Source: a virus
Lineage: Duplodnaviria; Caudoviricetes
DNA: 27,062 nt
IMG/VR virus record: IMGVR_UViG_3300044630_004000
Location: 1-27,062 of that record
Strand: one strand, 5' to 3'
The notes beneath the pieces were generated by a model. The model saw nothing but the letters and a program-made list of their open reading frames with translations. It was not told the DNA's origin and did not search any database. The translations under genes and the position numbers were made by a program. Below, piece by piece: positions 9,511-19,596 of this stretch (the stretch's first letter is position 1; each line of letters begins with the position of its first letter).

Positions 9511-10008
9511 ATGAAACTATCAAAAAAACATGCTAGAGATTTCACTGTTTCTTTTATACATGGAACAGCAAACACAGTAACAGGATATTTAAATTCTGGA
9601 GAAAGACAGGAAATACAATGGTTATACTTATTAGCAGGTAATGTTAAAATAGAATATACAATGAATGGGTATGAAGGAAATTATGATATTTTTGTAGACG
9701 TTTTAGCAGACCTTAGACCAATTAAAGGAATTGATACCAAGTGGACAGCCGGCGCCGAAGATTTTTATGCAGTTACATTTGCAGCGAGTGACGAGAGCAT
9801 ATATGAAGCAGATATAATAACTGTAACAACAGAAAAAAAATTAGACATAGACGACAACGAAAAAATAATTATACCTTTGATTCCAGGAATAACAATAAAT
9901 GATATCTCTATAAATCAATTATCATCGGCAAGAATTGCGGCAGGAAACTCTGTAAAAATAAATGCAACATATGCCGATTCTCCTATTTTTTGTTTTTACA
10001 AAAAATGA
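9511..10008 (+). CDS. Hypothetical cupin-like beta protein (paralogue of 8972..9475)
   Basis: WLYLLAGNVKI, ADLRPI, IIPLIPG and AGNSVKI motifs. No clear metal-ligand His set. Confidence 0.55.
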   Translation: MKLSKKHARDFTVSFIHGTANTVTGYLNSGERQEIQWLYLLAGNVKIEYTMNGYEGNYDIFVDVLADLRPIKGIDTKWTAGAEDFYAVTFAASDESIYEADIITVTTEKKLDIDDNEKIIIPLIPGITINDISINQLSSARIAAGNSVKINATYADSPIFCFYKK

Positions 10009-10865
10009 TAAAAAAATATTTCAGAACACAAGGTGTGTTCCATATCACAAATGTTTGTAATTTGACGTGTAATAATTGTGATGTATATAGTAACAGAAAT
10101 TTTAAAAATCATTTTTATTGGAAAGATCACGCAGACATGTATATCGAATGGTCAAAAAAAATTCGATTAAATGAAGTTAACATCTTTGGCGGCGAACCAT
10201 ATACTAATCCTGATTTAATGACATGGGTTGAATCATTAAAAACACATTTTAAAGATGTAGAAAATTTTAATATAAGCACAAATGGCACATACTTAAAACA
10301 CAATATAGATTTATCAAGAGAAATTATAAAACAAGGATTCTGGTTAGATATTAGTATTCACGATCCGTCATTTAGAAATGAGATAGAAGAAACTTTAGAA
10401 AATATTTTATCAGTTTTTAACTTTAAAAAATATAAAACAAATACAACGATAATCTTTGAAGCGAACGGTAAAAAGATAGCAAGAATTTGGGAAGCCACTG
10501 TATTCCGCTCAAATTCTATGTATAAAATAGAAAATAAAACAACATTTTTTAGAAGAAGTGACCCTGTTAAAGCACATACATATTGCATGAGTACATGCGT
10601 TCCTAACGTAGTTTTTCACAAAGGAAAAATATATAAATGTAGTTTTACTGCTATTTCTAAAGACTTAATGTCACAATTTAAAATCGAAACACGCGGTATT
10701 AATTTGCTAAAAAAATATAATTCTGCAGATCCTTTTGATACAACAGAAAATCTAGACAGATTTTTTAGGGAGTTAGACAATCATATCGATGCTTGTCAAC
10801 TTTGTCCAGAAAAAGAAATAATAGTACCGATATGGCCATTGGCTAAAAAGAAGATTGAGTTATGA
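10005..10865 (+). CDS. Radical SAM protein with C-terminal Cys-rich (SPASM/twitch-like) region, copy 1
   Basis: CNLTCNNC (CxxxCxxC), GGEP, STNG and C-terminal C..C..YKC..CQLC. The ATG at 10005 forms an ATGA overlap with the upstream stop. Confidence 0.88.
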   Translation: MIKKYFRTQGVFHITNVCNLTCNNCDVYSNRNFKNHFYWKDHADMYIEWSKKIRLNEVNIFGGEPYTNPDLMTWVESLKTHFKDVENFNISTNGTYLKHNIDLSREIIKQGFWLDISIHDPSFRNEIEETLENILSVFNFKKYKTNTTIIFEANGKKIARIWEATVFRSNSMYKIENKTTFFRRSDPVKAHTYCMSTCVPNVVFHKGKIYKCSFTAISKDLMSQFKIETRGINLLKKYNSADPFDTTENLDRFFRELDNHIDACQLCPEKEIIVPIWPLAKKKIEL

Positions 10866-11722
10866 CAACAATGTATCGTTTAGATGAAAACGTTCAAATA
10901 TACATAACAAATGTGTGTAATCTGACATGTGAAAATTGTATTACTTATAATAATTTAAAATTTAAAGGGCATTATTATTTCAAAGATTACGAAGCATATT
11001 TTAAAAAGTGGAGTAAAAAACTAGAACTGAACAGTTTAACTATTATAGGCGGCGAGCCATTTACAAATCCAAAATTAATTGATTGGACTATGTCAATAAA
11101 ATCCTTATGGCCCAATCTTAAAGAAATTGACATTGCAACTAATGGTACATATCTAAAACACAAAATTAAAGAATGTCAAGAGTTATTAAGACAAAATATA
11201 TGGCTAGACATTAATGTACACGATCCTAGCTTATTTCATGAAATAGAAGAAAATTTAAAAGAAATATTTTCAATTTTTAAAAATATCAGAAAAGAAAAAA
11301 GTAGTGAGTATTGTGATATTTTTTACATAGGCTCTCGAAAAATAGCAAAATTAGATAAAAAATATGTGTTTTCTAAAAAAAGTCTTCGTAGCTTAAAAAA
11401 TAATATAATCTATATGCATGATAGTGATCCATCTAAATCTCATGGAGAGTGTGGATATTGTTACACATTTATGGAAGGAAGATTATATAAATGTTTTTTA
11501 ACCGCAGTTTCAAAACCACTATGTAATCAATTCGAGGTCGAACCTCGAGCAAAAGAATTATTATTAAAATACAAATCGTGTTCACCATTCGACGAAGAAC
11601 ATATTATTAAAGAATGGATAGAAAATTTACCAAATCCTATAGAACAATGTAGATTATGTACAGAGACAAACACAGTCAAACAAATATGGCCATTATCTAA
11701 ATTGAAAACTAACTTAGTATGA
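10862..11722 (+). CDS. Radical SAM protein, copy 2
   Basis: CNLTCENC, GGEP, ATNG and CGYC..YKC..CRLC. ATGA overlap. Confidence 0.88.
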   Translation: MTTMYRLDENVQIYITNVCNLTCENCITYNNLKFKGHYYFKDYEAYFKKWSKKLELNSLTIIGGEPFTNPKLIDWTMSIKSLWPNLKEIDIATNGTYLKHKIKECQELLRQNIWLDINVHDPSLFHEIEENLKEIFSIFKNIRKEKSSEYCDIFYIGSRKIAKLDKKYVFSKKSLRSLKNNIIYMHDSDPSKSHGECGYCYTFMEGRLYKCFLTAVSKPLCNQFEVEPRAKELLLKYKSCSPFDEEHIIKEWIENLPNPIEQCRLCTETNTVKQIWPLSKLKTNLV

Positions 11723-12576
11723 AAAAAATTTACTTAAAAGAAATGTTTTTTCATGTAACACATGTATGTAATTTAACATGTGAAAATTGTGATTCTTATA
11801 ACAATAGAAATTTTAAGGGTCATTTATTTTGGAAAGATTATGAAGATTATTATATAGAATGGAGTAAGAAGTTAGATGTAGATACTATAAATTTAATAGG
11901 AGGCGAACCTTTTGCAAATCCAAAATTAATTGATTGGGTCAATCAAGTTTCGAAATACTTTACTTCTACTAAAAATTTTAGAATAAGCACCAATGGAACG
12001 TACATTCAGAATAATATTGACCTTGCTATAGAAATAATTAACAAAGGATTTTCTTTTGATGTATGTGTACATGATCCTGCATTAAGAAATAGCATAGAAC
12101 TATCTATAAACAAGATATCCGCCCTCATTAATGCAACTAAAGTTGTCAATGGATCAGTAACAAATTATATTTTAAATGATCGAAATGTAATAAAACTATA
12201 TAACACTTATGTTTTTTTTAAAGCATCAACAGAAAAAATAGAAAATAAAATAACCTTCTTTAGAAGAAGTGATCCAGTTAAAGCACACGACCTCTGTATG
12301 CAAGAATGTGGACCATCGCACTTTTTTATGAAAGGTAAAATATATAAATGCTATTTGACCGCAATCGCTTCAGATCTGACAAATCAATTTCAATTTGAAC
12401 AAGAAGGAGCAGACCTTTTAAATTCATATGTGCCCGCTGATCCATTTGATTCGGAAGATAAACTGGTACAATTTTTTAATGAAATACAAACTTATATAAA
12501 ACAATGTCAACTATGTGCAGAAAGAAAAATTATTAAGCCAATTTGGCCATTGTCAAAAAGTAAGGTAAAGTTTTAA
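11719..12576 (+). CDS. Radical SAM protein, copy 3
   Basis: CNLTCENC, GGEP, STNG and C..C..YKC..CQLC. ATGA overlap. Confidence 0.88.
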   Translation: MKKIYLKEMFFHVTHVCNLTCENCDSYNNRNFKGHLFWKDYEDYYIEWSKKLDVDTINLIGGEPFANPKLIDWVNQVSKYFTSTKNFRISTNGTYIQNNIDLAIEIINKGFSFDVCVHDPALRNSIELSINKISALINATKVVNGSVTNYILNDRNVIKLYNTYVFFKASTEKIENKITFFRRSDPVKAHDLCMQECGPSHFFMKGKIYKCYLTAIASDLTNQFQFEQEGADLLNSYVPADPFDSEDKLVQFFNEIQTYIKQCQLCAERKIIKPIWPLSKSKVKF

Positions 12577-13490
12577 TGAAAATATCACTGCCAATGGTGG
12601 AAATTTTTTATGGACATCGATGCAATTTATCCTGTAATGGATGCACTTCGGCGTCAGACATTATAAAAAATTACGAGCACGATCCAACATTAGATTCGAT
12701 ATTTGAAAGTATCGATGATCTTTCCAATTATGCCGATGTAAATGAGTTTGATCTGATGGGAGGAGAAGCATTTTTATATTGGGATTCTATAGAAAAGATT
12801 GCCGAACATATAAGAATAAAATTTCCTAATAGCACTATCGGAATCTGTACAAACGGACTACTGCTAGATAAATTTCAGAATAAACTAATAGAATTTTGCA
12901 AAACTTTTCACCCTTGCGTGATTGATATCACCAATCATTTTAAATTGTTCTCAGACGACATCATAGCTAAGAAATTTCATAAAACACTAGAGAAATTCCT
13001 CGAAACTAATCATATGAATAAAAAGAGTACAATTAAATGGGGTGTAGTTCAAGACAGTGTAGAATTATATTCTTCTAGCACATTCAATGTTAGAATAGCA
13101 GACGCAGAATATTTTTATAGCTGTTATTATACAAATAATGAAAATAAAATAAAACCTTTTGCAACAAATGACCCCGAAGGATCTTATAAAAATGGATGTT
13201 CGATGCCAAATTGTCATTTACTATACGAATCTAAATTATACAAGTGTTCGTGGTTTGCAATTCTTCCTAAAATTTTAAAAATAAAAAATCAACTCGACGA
13301 TAACGACTGGTCAAAATATTTAAATTATAAAGCACTTAATTTAAAAAATCCTACTGTAACTGAATTAAAACACTTTGTAGAAACTTCTAATAAACACATT
13401 GATCTTTGCGATATGTGTAATAACAATAAACTTTTTTCAATAAAACATTCTAAAGAAAATGTTATCGCAATAAAAAATGAAAATATTTGA
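12576..13490 (+). CDS. Radical SAM protein, divergent copy 4
   Basis: CNLSCNGC, MGGEA, CTNG and C..C..YKC..CDMC. TAATG overlap. Confidence 0.85.
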   Translation: MKISLPMVEIFYGHRCNLSCNGCTSASDIIKNYEHDPTLDSIFESIDDLSNYADVNEFDLMGGEAFLYWDSIEKIAEHIRIKFPNSTIGICTNGLLLDKFQNKLIEFCKTFHPCVIDITNHFKLFSDDIIAKKFHKTLEKFLETNHMNKKSTIKWGVVQDSVELYSSSTFNVRIADAEYFYSCYYTNNENKIKPFATNDPEGSYKNGCSMPNCHLLYESKLYKCSWFAILPKILKIKNQLDDNDWSKYLNYKALNLKNPTVTELKHFVETSNKHIDLCDMCNNNKLFSIKHSKENVIAIKNENI

Positions 13491-14856
13491 TACAAAAGAA
13501 GAAAGTTGTTTTGGAATCGTATACGAAAATTTGTCATTACCTGACCGAGAAAACCGTATTATATTTCATGACGGAAAATTTTTATCTGAATCAAATAATC
13601 ATAGGTACCCCAAGTATACGTTTTTTGATTATTATAAAGATTATTACTCTGATTCTTTTTTAAAAAATTATAATGTTCCTTATTTAATTATTACAGCCTG
13701 CGGAAGCTGGCCGCACTTAGACAAAATTATGTATTCTGAAGATATCAAAAACTATCTTAATACAGTCGGTTTAGAAATATATCTTTATGAAACTATTTTT
13801 ATAGATATCAGCGATAGTAAACGTCCATTTGTAAATTCTTTAAAATTTGATTCTTCTCGAGAAGAGCTTTTTAATATAATTAAACCAAGTGTTGTTGGAT
13901 TTGAATCAACTTATGATAACATTTCTAAAATGTATTGTTTCGAATTTGAAAATTTAAAAAAATTTATAATTAAAAACAACTTAAAAAAAGTAACTGTGTA
14001 TACTGGAGATTATAATATCGAAAAACATTTCAAAAATTCGTATCCAGAAATGACACTTGCTACTCAAGACATATTTCTAACTTCGCTATTTAGACATTCG
14101 GATAGTAGATTTACATCATACGAATATAACAGTTATAGCACACCACCGTCATCGGAAACTATATTATACAAATTTTGGTGCGGAAATAGAAGGTATGACG
14201 GTTATCGTCAGTTAGTAGCAGCCTATCTATTAAATATGTCTGCATTATGCTCGTATCAAACTAAAATTGAAGATTCGCCATTTGTTATTTTTGACGACAG
14301 GAAAGATAAATCTATACCAATTTGGGGTAAATTAGAAAATTATTTATGGTTTGATTTAGACAAATGGAAGACTGATTGCCCTGAAATTTATTCTAAAATA
14401 AGACATCAACTTAATATAATGCCAAACTCTTTGTCTATAGATACAAACATAGAAAGCGAAGTAGCATTAGAATCTTTACCAGTGCCAGTTAGTAGTTATC
14501 AACAATGCTTTTGTTCGGTGATAACGGAAGCAAGATTTGCATACCCTATGGGGCAGTTTAGTGAAAAAACATTAAATGCTATAAAATCGTTTCGGCCTTT
14601 TATATTAGTAGCACCTCCACGCACTTTAGAATATATGCAATCATACGGAATACAAACATTTGACGAATTTTGGGACGAAAGTTATGATCAAGAAGAAAAT
14701 CACGAATCTCGTCTAATCAAAATATTTCGTATTATAGATTACATTGATAGTTTTTCAATAGACGAATTAAAAGAACTATATATTAAGATGTTACCTATTT
14801 TAGAACATAATTATCGTATAATACAAAATATTTCAAAGTTTAAGTATAATGGATGA
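13477..14856 (+). CDS. Putative glycosyltransferase-like protein (GT10-like C-terminal motif), paralogue A
   Basis: C-terminal FCSVITEA...FSEKTLNAI...PFILVAPP.TLEY...TFDEFWDESYD resembles the E...(T/S)EK...P nucleotide-sugar-binding motif of GT10 fucosyltransferases. The family call is tentative. Confidence 0.5.
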   Translation: MKIFDTKEESCFGIVYENLSLPDRENRIIFHDGKFLSESNNHRYPKYTFFDYYKDYYSDSFLKNYNVPYLIITACGSWPHLDKIMYSEDIKNYLNTVGLEIYLYETIFIDISDSKRPFVNSLKFDSSREELFNIIKPSVVGFESTYDNISKMYCFEFENLKKFIIKNNLKKVTVYTGDYNIEKHFKNSYPEMTLATQDIFLTSLFRHSDSRFTSYEYNSYSTPPSSETILYKFWCGNRRYDGYRQLVAAYLLNMSALCSYQTKIEDSPFVIFDDRKDKSIPIWGKLENYLWFDLDKWKTDCPEIYSKIRHQLNIMPNSLSIDTNIESEVALESLPVPVSSYQQCFCSVITEARFAYPMGQFSEKTLNAIKSFRPFILVAPPRTLEYMQSYGIQTFDEFWDESYDQEENHESRLIKIFRIIDYIDSFSIDELKELYIKMLPILEHNYRIIQNISKFKYNG

Positions 14857-16159
14857 GTTTTTTAGTCACGTAGTCTTTCAAAATTTTATGAATCCTGCTA
14901 TTGAAAATAGGTTACTGTTAAAAAACGGTTCTATTTTCAGCGAATCTTCATTGAGTGTAATTGGAGTAAACAGTTTTATTGACTTTTATAATACTATTTT
15001 TAAAGATACATGTTTGGCAGAAGAATCAAAACCACATTTTGTTTGTACAGGATGCGGTTCTTTAAAACAAATAGAAGATTTAATTTGCGAACCTGATCAT
15101 ATTAAGATTTTTAATACACAAGGCCTATGCATTTATCTCTTTGAGGATCTGTATCTTAATACAGGTCCAACAATAAAAAACTATCTCGAAGGCCCTCCTA
15201 CAAAAGCAAGTACAAATGAATATTACAAAAAATATGGTTCAAGTATTAGAGGATTTGAATCCACTCAAGAAAATTTAAAAACAATTTATTCATTTGAACT
15301 AGACAGTATAAAACAGTTTATTGACAAAAATAATCTCAATAATGTCACTGTTTATTGTGGAGATTATAATGTTCAAAAATATTTACAGAAACAATATCCA
15401 ACAATGAATTTAGCTGTTAGGAATATGTATGTTGTAAGTGTAGCTAAAAGAATACTGGATAAACCAATAAGTTATATTCATCCAAGAACTGCTAATCAAA
15501 TAACTCATAAATTTTTATCTGCTAATGGAAAATATAAAGCAGTAAGACATTTAATCGCTGCATATCTATTAGATAAAAATTCAATAATGTCTTTTGATCA
15601 AAAAAAATCTATTTACGGATCCCTAAAAAATCAATTATGGTTTGATTTATCGTCCTGGCATAAAAATAATTTTAAAATTTTTAATAAGTTGATAACAAAT
15701 TTACAAAAATTAGATAATATGGGGTCTTTAGTCATAGGAATGAATTCTGCTATCCCAAATCCTAATTTTGAAATGTCCTTCGATTATGCTCCTAATAGCG
15801 AGTATGATAGTTGTTTTTGTGCCGTTATAAACGAAACAAAATATAGTCATCCGATTTCTACATTTAGCGAGAAAACATTAAACGCAATTTATAGACATAA
15901 ACCTTTTATACTAGTTGCTCCTCCTTATACATTAGAATACTTAAAAAAATACGGTTTTAAAACCTTTGAAAATTTTTGGGATGAAGGGTATGATAGAGAA
16001 GAAAATCATGAAAAGCGATTGATTAAAATTTTTAAAGTTATTGATTTTATCGATAATTTACCTATAACGACACTTCGGAATTTGTATCAATCAATGACTC
16101 CTATACTAGAACATAACTATCGTGTAATAAAAACACTTACAGAGAAATGGCCAACATGA
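14849..16159 (+). CDS. Putative glycosyltransferase-like protein, paralogue B
   Basis: Shares GFEST.....Y.FE, VTVY.GDYN, LWFDL, FSEKTLNAI, PFILVAPP.TLEY and PILEHNYR with the preceding ORF. Confidence 0.5.
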   Translation: MDEFFSHVVFQNFMNPAIENRLLLKNGSIFSESSLSVIGVNSFIDFYNTIFKDTCLAEESKPHFVCTGCGSLKQIEDLICEPDHIKIFNTQGLCIYLFEDLYLNTGPTIKNYLEGPPTKASTNEYYKKYGSSIRGFESTQENLKTIYSFELDSIKQFIDKNNLNNVTVYCGDYNVQKYLQKQYPTMNLAVRNMYVVSVAKRILDKPISYIHPRTANQITHKFLSANGKYKAVRHLIAAYLLDKNSIMSFDQKKSIYGSLKNQLWFDLSSWHKNNFKIFNKLITNLQKLDNMGSLVIGMNSAIPNPNFEMSFDYAPNSEYDSCFCAVINETKYSHPISTFSEKTLNAIYRHKPFILVAPPYTLEYLKKYGFKTFENFWDEGYDREENHEKRLIKIFKVIDFIDNLPITTLRNLYQSMTPILEHNYRVIKTLTEKWPT

Positions 16160-17097
16160 GTAAATGTTCAGCATTTTGGGTGCATACTAACATTCGCCCT
16201 GGAAATCGTATTTTTCCTTGTTGCCGATTTAAACAACCCATAGCTACCTTTACGGGAGATGTAAGTGCTGTCTTACATATTGAAGAATATAATAAACTTA
16301 GAGAAGGTTCTTTAAATGGAGTTCGATTTCCAGAATGCGAAAAATGTTATACTGAAGAAAATCAAGGAAAAGAAAGTTTAAGACAAAAATTTAATAAAGA
16401 ATATTCTACTAATAAAGTTGAATTAAAATTTTTAGAAATTGGTTTTGACAATATATGTAACTTGGCATGCGATGGATGTTGGGAAGAATGGAGCTCTACA
16501 TGGGCTAACATTAAAAATCCTACCAATAAAAAAATTAATATTTTAACAACGACGGAGTTTATAAATCTTCCTAAAAGTATAGATAAAATTTTATTTTTAG
16601 GGGGAGAGCCGTTAATGACTAACAAGCATATCCGCTTTCTCAAAGAAATATCTAATCCTGAAAATGTATCAGTAATTTATTATACTAATGGAACTTTTCT
16701 TTTGAGCGAGAAAGAAATTTTAGTTTTAAACGCATTCAAGAGCGTTAAAATTTACGTAAGTATTGATGGAGTTGCAGACCTAAATGAAAAAGTAAGAAAA
16801 GGCAGTAAATGGTCTGACATAATTAAGTTCCTAGAACAATTAAAGTCGACGAGTTTTTCCTTAGAGATAAATTCAGTATTACATGTCAATAATTGGCACG
16901 GAGTTAAAGATCTAGCCAATTTTATTAATCAAAATCAATACGTTTGGAACACCAATATACTGACATATCCTAAGAAATTAGATGTTGTAAATTTATCAGA
17001 AATGGAAAAGACACAATTTTCATTATTATTAAATGATATAACTATTCCAAATAAAGAATATATTTTAAGGCATTTATATGGACTTAGAGAAGTTTAA
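16147..17097 (+). CDS. Radical SAM protein with N-terminal SPASM/twitch-like Cys cluster
   Basis: N-terminal C...PCC...CEKC, then NICNLACDGC, LGGEP, YTNG and VSIDG. Confidence 0.85.
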   Translation: MANMSKCSAFWVHTNIRPGNRIFPCCRFKQPIATFTGDVSAVLHIEEYNKLREGSLNGVRFPECEKCYTEENQGKESLRQKFNKEYSTNKVELKFLEIGFDNICNLACDGCWEEWSSTWANIKNPTNKKINILTTTEFINLPKSIDKILFLGGEPLMTNKHIRFLKEISNPENVSVIYYTNGTFLLSEKEILVLNAFKSVKIYVSIDGVADLNEKVRKGSKWSDIIKFLEQLKSTSFSLEINSVLHVNNWHGVKDLANFINQNQYVWNTNILTYPKKLDVVNLSEMEKTQFSLLLNDITIPNKEYILRHLYGLREV

Positions 17098-17665
17098 AGA
17101 TTTAACAAAATACAATGCAGTCAAATTTAGAATAGATTGTACATGGACCAGTAACGATTTAAATTTTGATTGGATAGAAACTGTCCAAACTAAGGAAGTA
17201 CCTGATGACGATCCGTGGGATAGTTTTACTACTGATATGAAGCGTGACCTAGAAGAAATTCATAAAGAATGGAAAATTCCTGATCAAAGTACTTGGCATT
17301 TAATGTCACACTGCCCGTCATTAAATGAAAATTTAAAAACTATATTAGACAAATTTCCTTATAAGACATTGAGCTATAATTTTATAAAAATTACTCCAGG
17401 GCATATGTTAGTGTGGCACTTTGATACATATGCTACATTCGTTCATAGAAAAAATCTTACGATTGAATACGCTGAGAAGATTAAAAGGTCTGTAATTTTA
17501 ATGAATGACTGGGACGTAGGACAAGTAATACAGATAGGAAATGAATTATTAGGAAATTGGACTGCCGGAGATGTATATACATGGGAAAGTTTTGCATGGC
17601 ATGGAACTTGTAATTTTGGTAAATCCGATATAATTGCTATGCAAATATCATATTTAGATGAATAA
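17078..17665 (+). CDS. Fe(II)-dependent cupin oxygenase (Asp/Asn beta-hydroxylase-like)
   Basis: PGHMLVWHFD (HxD) and WTAGDVYTW....WHGTCN...MQIS. Confidence 0.7.
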   Translation: MDLEKFKDLTKYNAVKFRIDCTWTSNDLNFDWIETVQTKEVPDDDPWDSFTTDMKRDLEEIHKEWKIPDQSTWHLMSHCPSLNENLKTILDKFPYKTLSYNFIKITPGHMLVWHFDTYATFVHRKNLTIEYAEKIKRSVILMNDWDVGQVIQIGNELLGNWTAGDVYTWESFAWHGTCNFGKSDIIAMQISYLDE

Positions 17666-18560
17666 AATACCTAACGATAAAAGAAGCTTAGACTTTGGTA
17701 GTGCATTCGCTATCGAAGATCCAGAAACTTTAAAAATTTTAAGAGAGCCATTTGACTTACGATGTGTTCATAATAATACTGTTATTGACGAATACTTACA
17801 TACCTACGATCGTTGGATTCGTAGCACAGCAGCTAACACTTTGATTGGATTGGATCAGTTTCAATTTAAGTGTTACAGTAATGGAACAACTGAAGGGTTT
17901 GATAAATTTTATTTAAGAAATCATAATCGCAGATTTAGATGTTTTAAAGGCGAATATATGTATCATAAATTGGCATGGCGAGCGGAATATAATTGGGCAT
18001 GGTTAGAAGACGACGATATTCTTCCTAACGATGCAGTAATTATTAGTCTACCATTTGCAGATACAGGAGACATACATCTCAATTATCACGAATTGATGAG
18101 AAAATGCAATTCACTTAATGTACCTGTACTAGTAGATTGTGCATATTTTGGAATTTGTAGAAATATTGAATTTGATTTTGCATATTCGTGTATTACAGAC
18201 ATAACTTTTAGTTTAAGTAAAACATTTCCAGTAGCATATGCCCGAATTGGTATGAGATATACACGCATTGACGACGACGACACTATGTTTGTTTACCATA
18301 AAATAAGTTACAATAATAAAATTGGTGCTTCTTTAGGTATGAAATTTCTAGAAAATTTCTCTCCAGATTATATTTCGTCTAAATACATGCAGAAACAGCT
18401 CGATTTTTGTAATGTCTTATCTGTAAAGCCTACTAAAACAGTTTTGTTTGGAATCGGCGGCGAAGAATGGAATCAATACAATCGTGGCAGCACTACTAAC
18501 AGATTAAGTTTTCATAAACAATTTATTAAAGGACTAGATTATGCCCGTACAATCACATAA
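17658..18560 (+). CDS. PLP-dependent fold-type I enzyme (class I/II aminotransferase- or decarboxylase-like)
   Basis: GTTEGF, LVDCAY (PLP-binding Asp), FSLSKTF...RIG (Schiff-base Lys) and a C-terminal RLS. Confidence 0.75.
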   Translation: MNKIPNDKRSLDFGSAFAIEDPETLKILREPFDLRCVHNNTVIDEYLHTYDRWIRSTAANTLIGLDQFQFKCYSNGTTEGFDKFYLRNHNRRFRCFKGEYMYHKLAWRAEYNWAWLEDDDILPNDAVIISLPFADTGDIHLNYHELMRKCNSLNVPVLVDCAYFGICRNIEFDFAYSCITDITFSLSKTFPVAYARIGMRYTRIDDDDTMFVYHKISYNNKIGASLGMKFLENFSPDYISSKYMQKQLDFCNVLSVKPTKTVLFGIGGEEWNQYNRGSTTNRLSFHKQFIKGLDYARTIT

Positions 18561-19596
18561 TGATTGGGATCCACTTGAGGAAATCATAATAGGAACTGCT
18601 GATTTTAGTATGCATCCTACAATGAATAAAAGCACACACAGTTTTATCTATGGCGGAGAAAAGTATGACGACATAAAACAATTTGACGGCATTGAACACG
18701 AACAGTGGATAAAAGACGAAGCTAACGAAGATTTAGAAAGATTGTCCGATACTCTAAAAACTCTAGGAGTTAAAGTACGACGACCAGATAGTATAGATCA
18801 TAGGAAAAAATTCAGTACCCCGGAGTGGGAGACTACAGGGTGGTATACATTCTGTCCTAGAGATTTGTTGTTACCCCTTGACAATTTAATTATAGAATGT
18901 CCAAGTCCAATGAGGGCTAGATATTTTGAAACTAGAGCATACTATAAACATTTATACGAATGGATGCAGGAAGGTACAGAATGGATTTGTGCTCCTAAAC
19001 CTATTTTAACTGACGATAATTATCAGTTAGAAGACAGAACCGAAGCAACTTTAGTTGATAAAGAAATTATTTTTGATGCGCCAAATGTTGTAAGATTAGG
19101 AAAAGATTTATTATGTCAAGTATCTAACAGCGGAAATCTGCTAGGATTTAAATGGTTGAAGAGTATACTTGAACCAAGAGGATATAAATTACATGTAGCT
19201 GAACGATATTATAGTTTTGCACATTTTGATTCTACTGTTTTACCTTTACGACCAGGATTAGTGTTGTTTAATGCGGATAGATTAAACGAAAATTGGTACC
19301 CACCAATTTTTAAAGATTGGGATAAAATTTGGGTTACTGGAGATCAATTACATGTGCCTGCCGCAAATACTGGAGTAGCTCCGTGCAGTCCATATATTGG
19401 TTTAAACTTTTTAAGCGTGAATGAAAACCTAGTAATATGCGACATTGAACAAAATGAATTGCGCCGTATTCTAGATAAGCACGGAATTGAAACTATTGGA
19501 TTGCCTTGCCGCCAAGCTAGGACAATGAGTGGAGGATTCCATTGTGCTACTTTAGATGTAAAACGTACCGGCGAGTTACAAGATTACTTTTCATAA
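18541..19596 (+). CDS. Amidinotransferase (glycine / inosamine-phosphate amidinotransferase family), copy 1
   Basis: SHNDWDPLEEIIIG, CPRD, FDAPN, HFDST and GGFHCATLD show the Asp-His-Cys catalytic triad intact. Confidence 0.92.
   Translation: MPVQSHNDWDPLEEIIIGTADFSMHPTMNKSTHSFIYGGEKYDDIKQFDGIEHEQWIKDEANEDLERLSDTLKTLGVKVRRPDSIDHRKKFSTPEWETTGWYTFCPRDLLLPLDNLIIECPSPMRARYFETRAYYKHLYEWMQEGTEWICAPKPILTDDNYQLEDRTEATLVDKEIIFDAPNVVRLGKDLLCQVSNSGNLLGFKWLKSILEPRGYKLHVAERYYSFAHFDSTVLPLRPGLVLFNADRLNENWYPPIFKDWDKIWVTGDQLHVPAANTGVAPCSPYIGLNFLSVNENLVICDIEQNELRRILDKHGIETIGLPCRQARTMSGGFHCATLDVKRTGELQDYFS

Noticed and set aside
10005-17097. Classical RiPP cluster (radical SAM/SPASM plus precursor peptide)
   Set aside because: I found no short precursor ORF with a leader/core pattern, no RRE/PqqD-like gene, and no peptidase or exporter. 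A precursor encoded elsewhere cannot be excluded.
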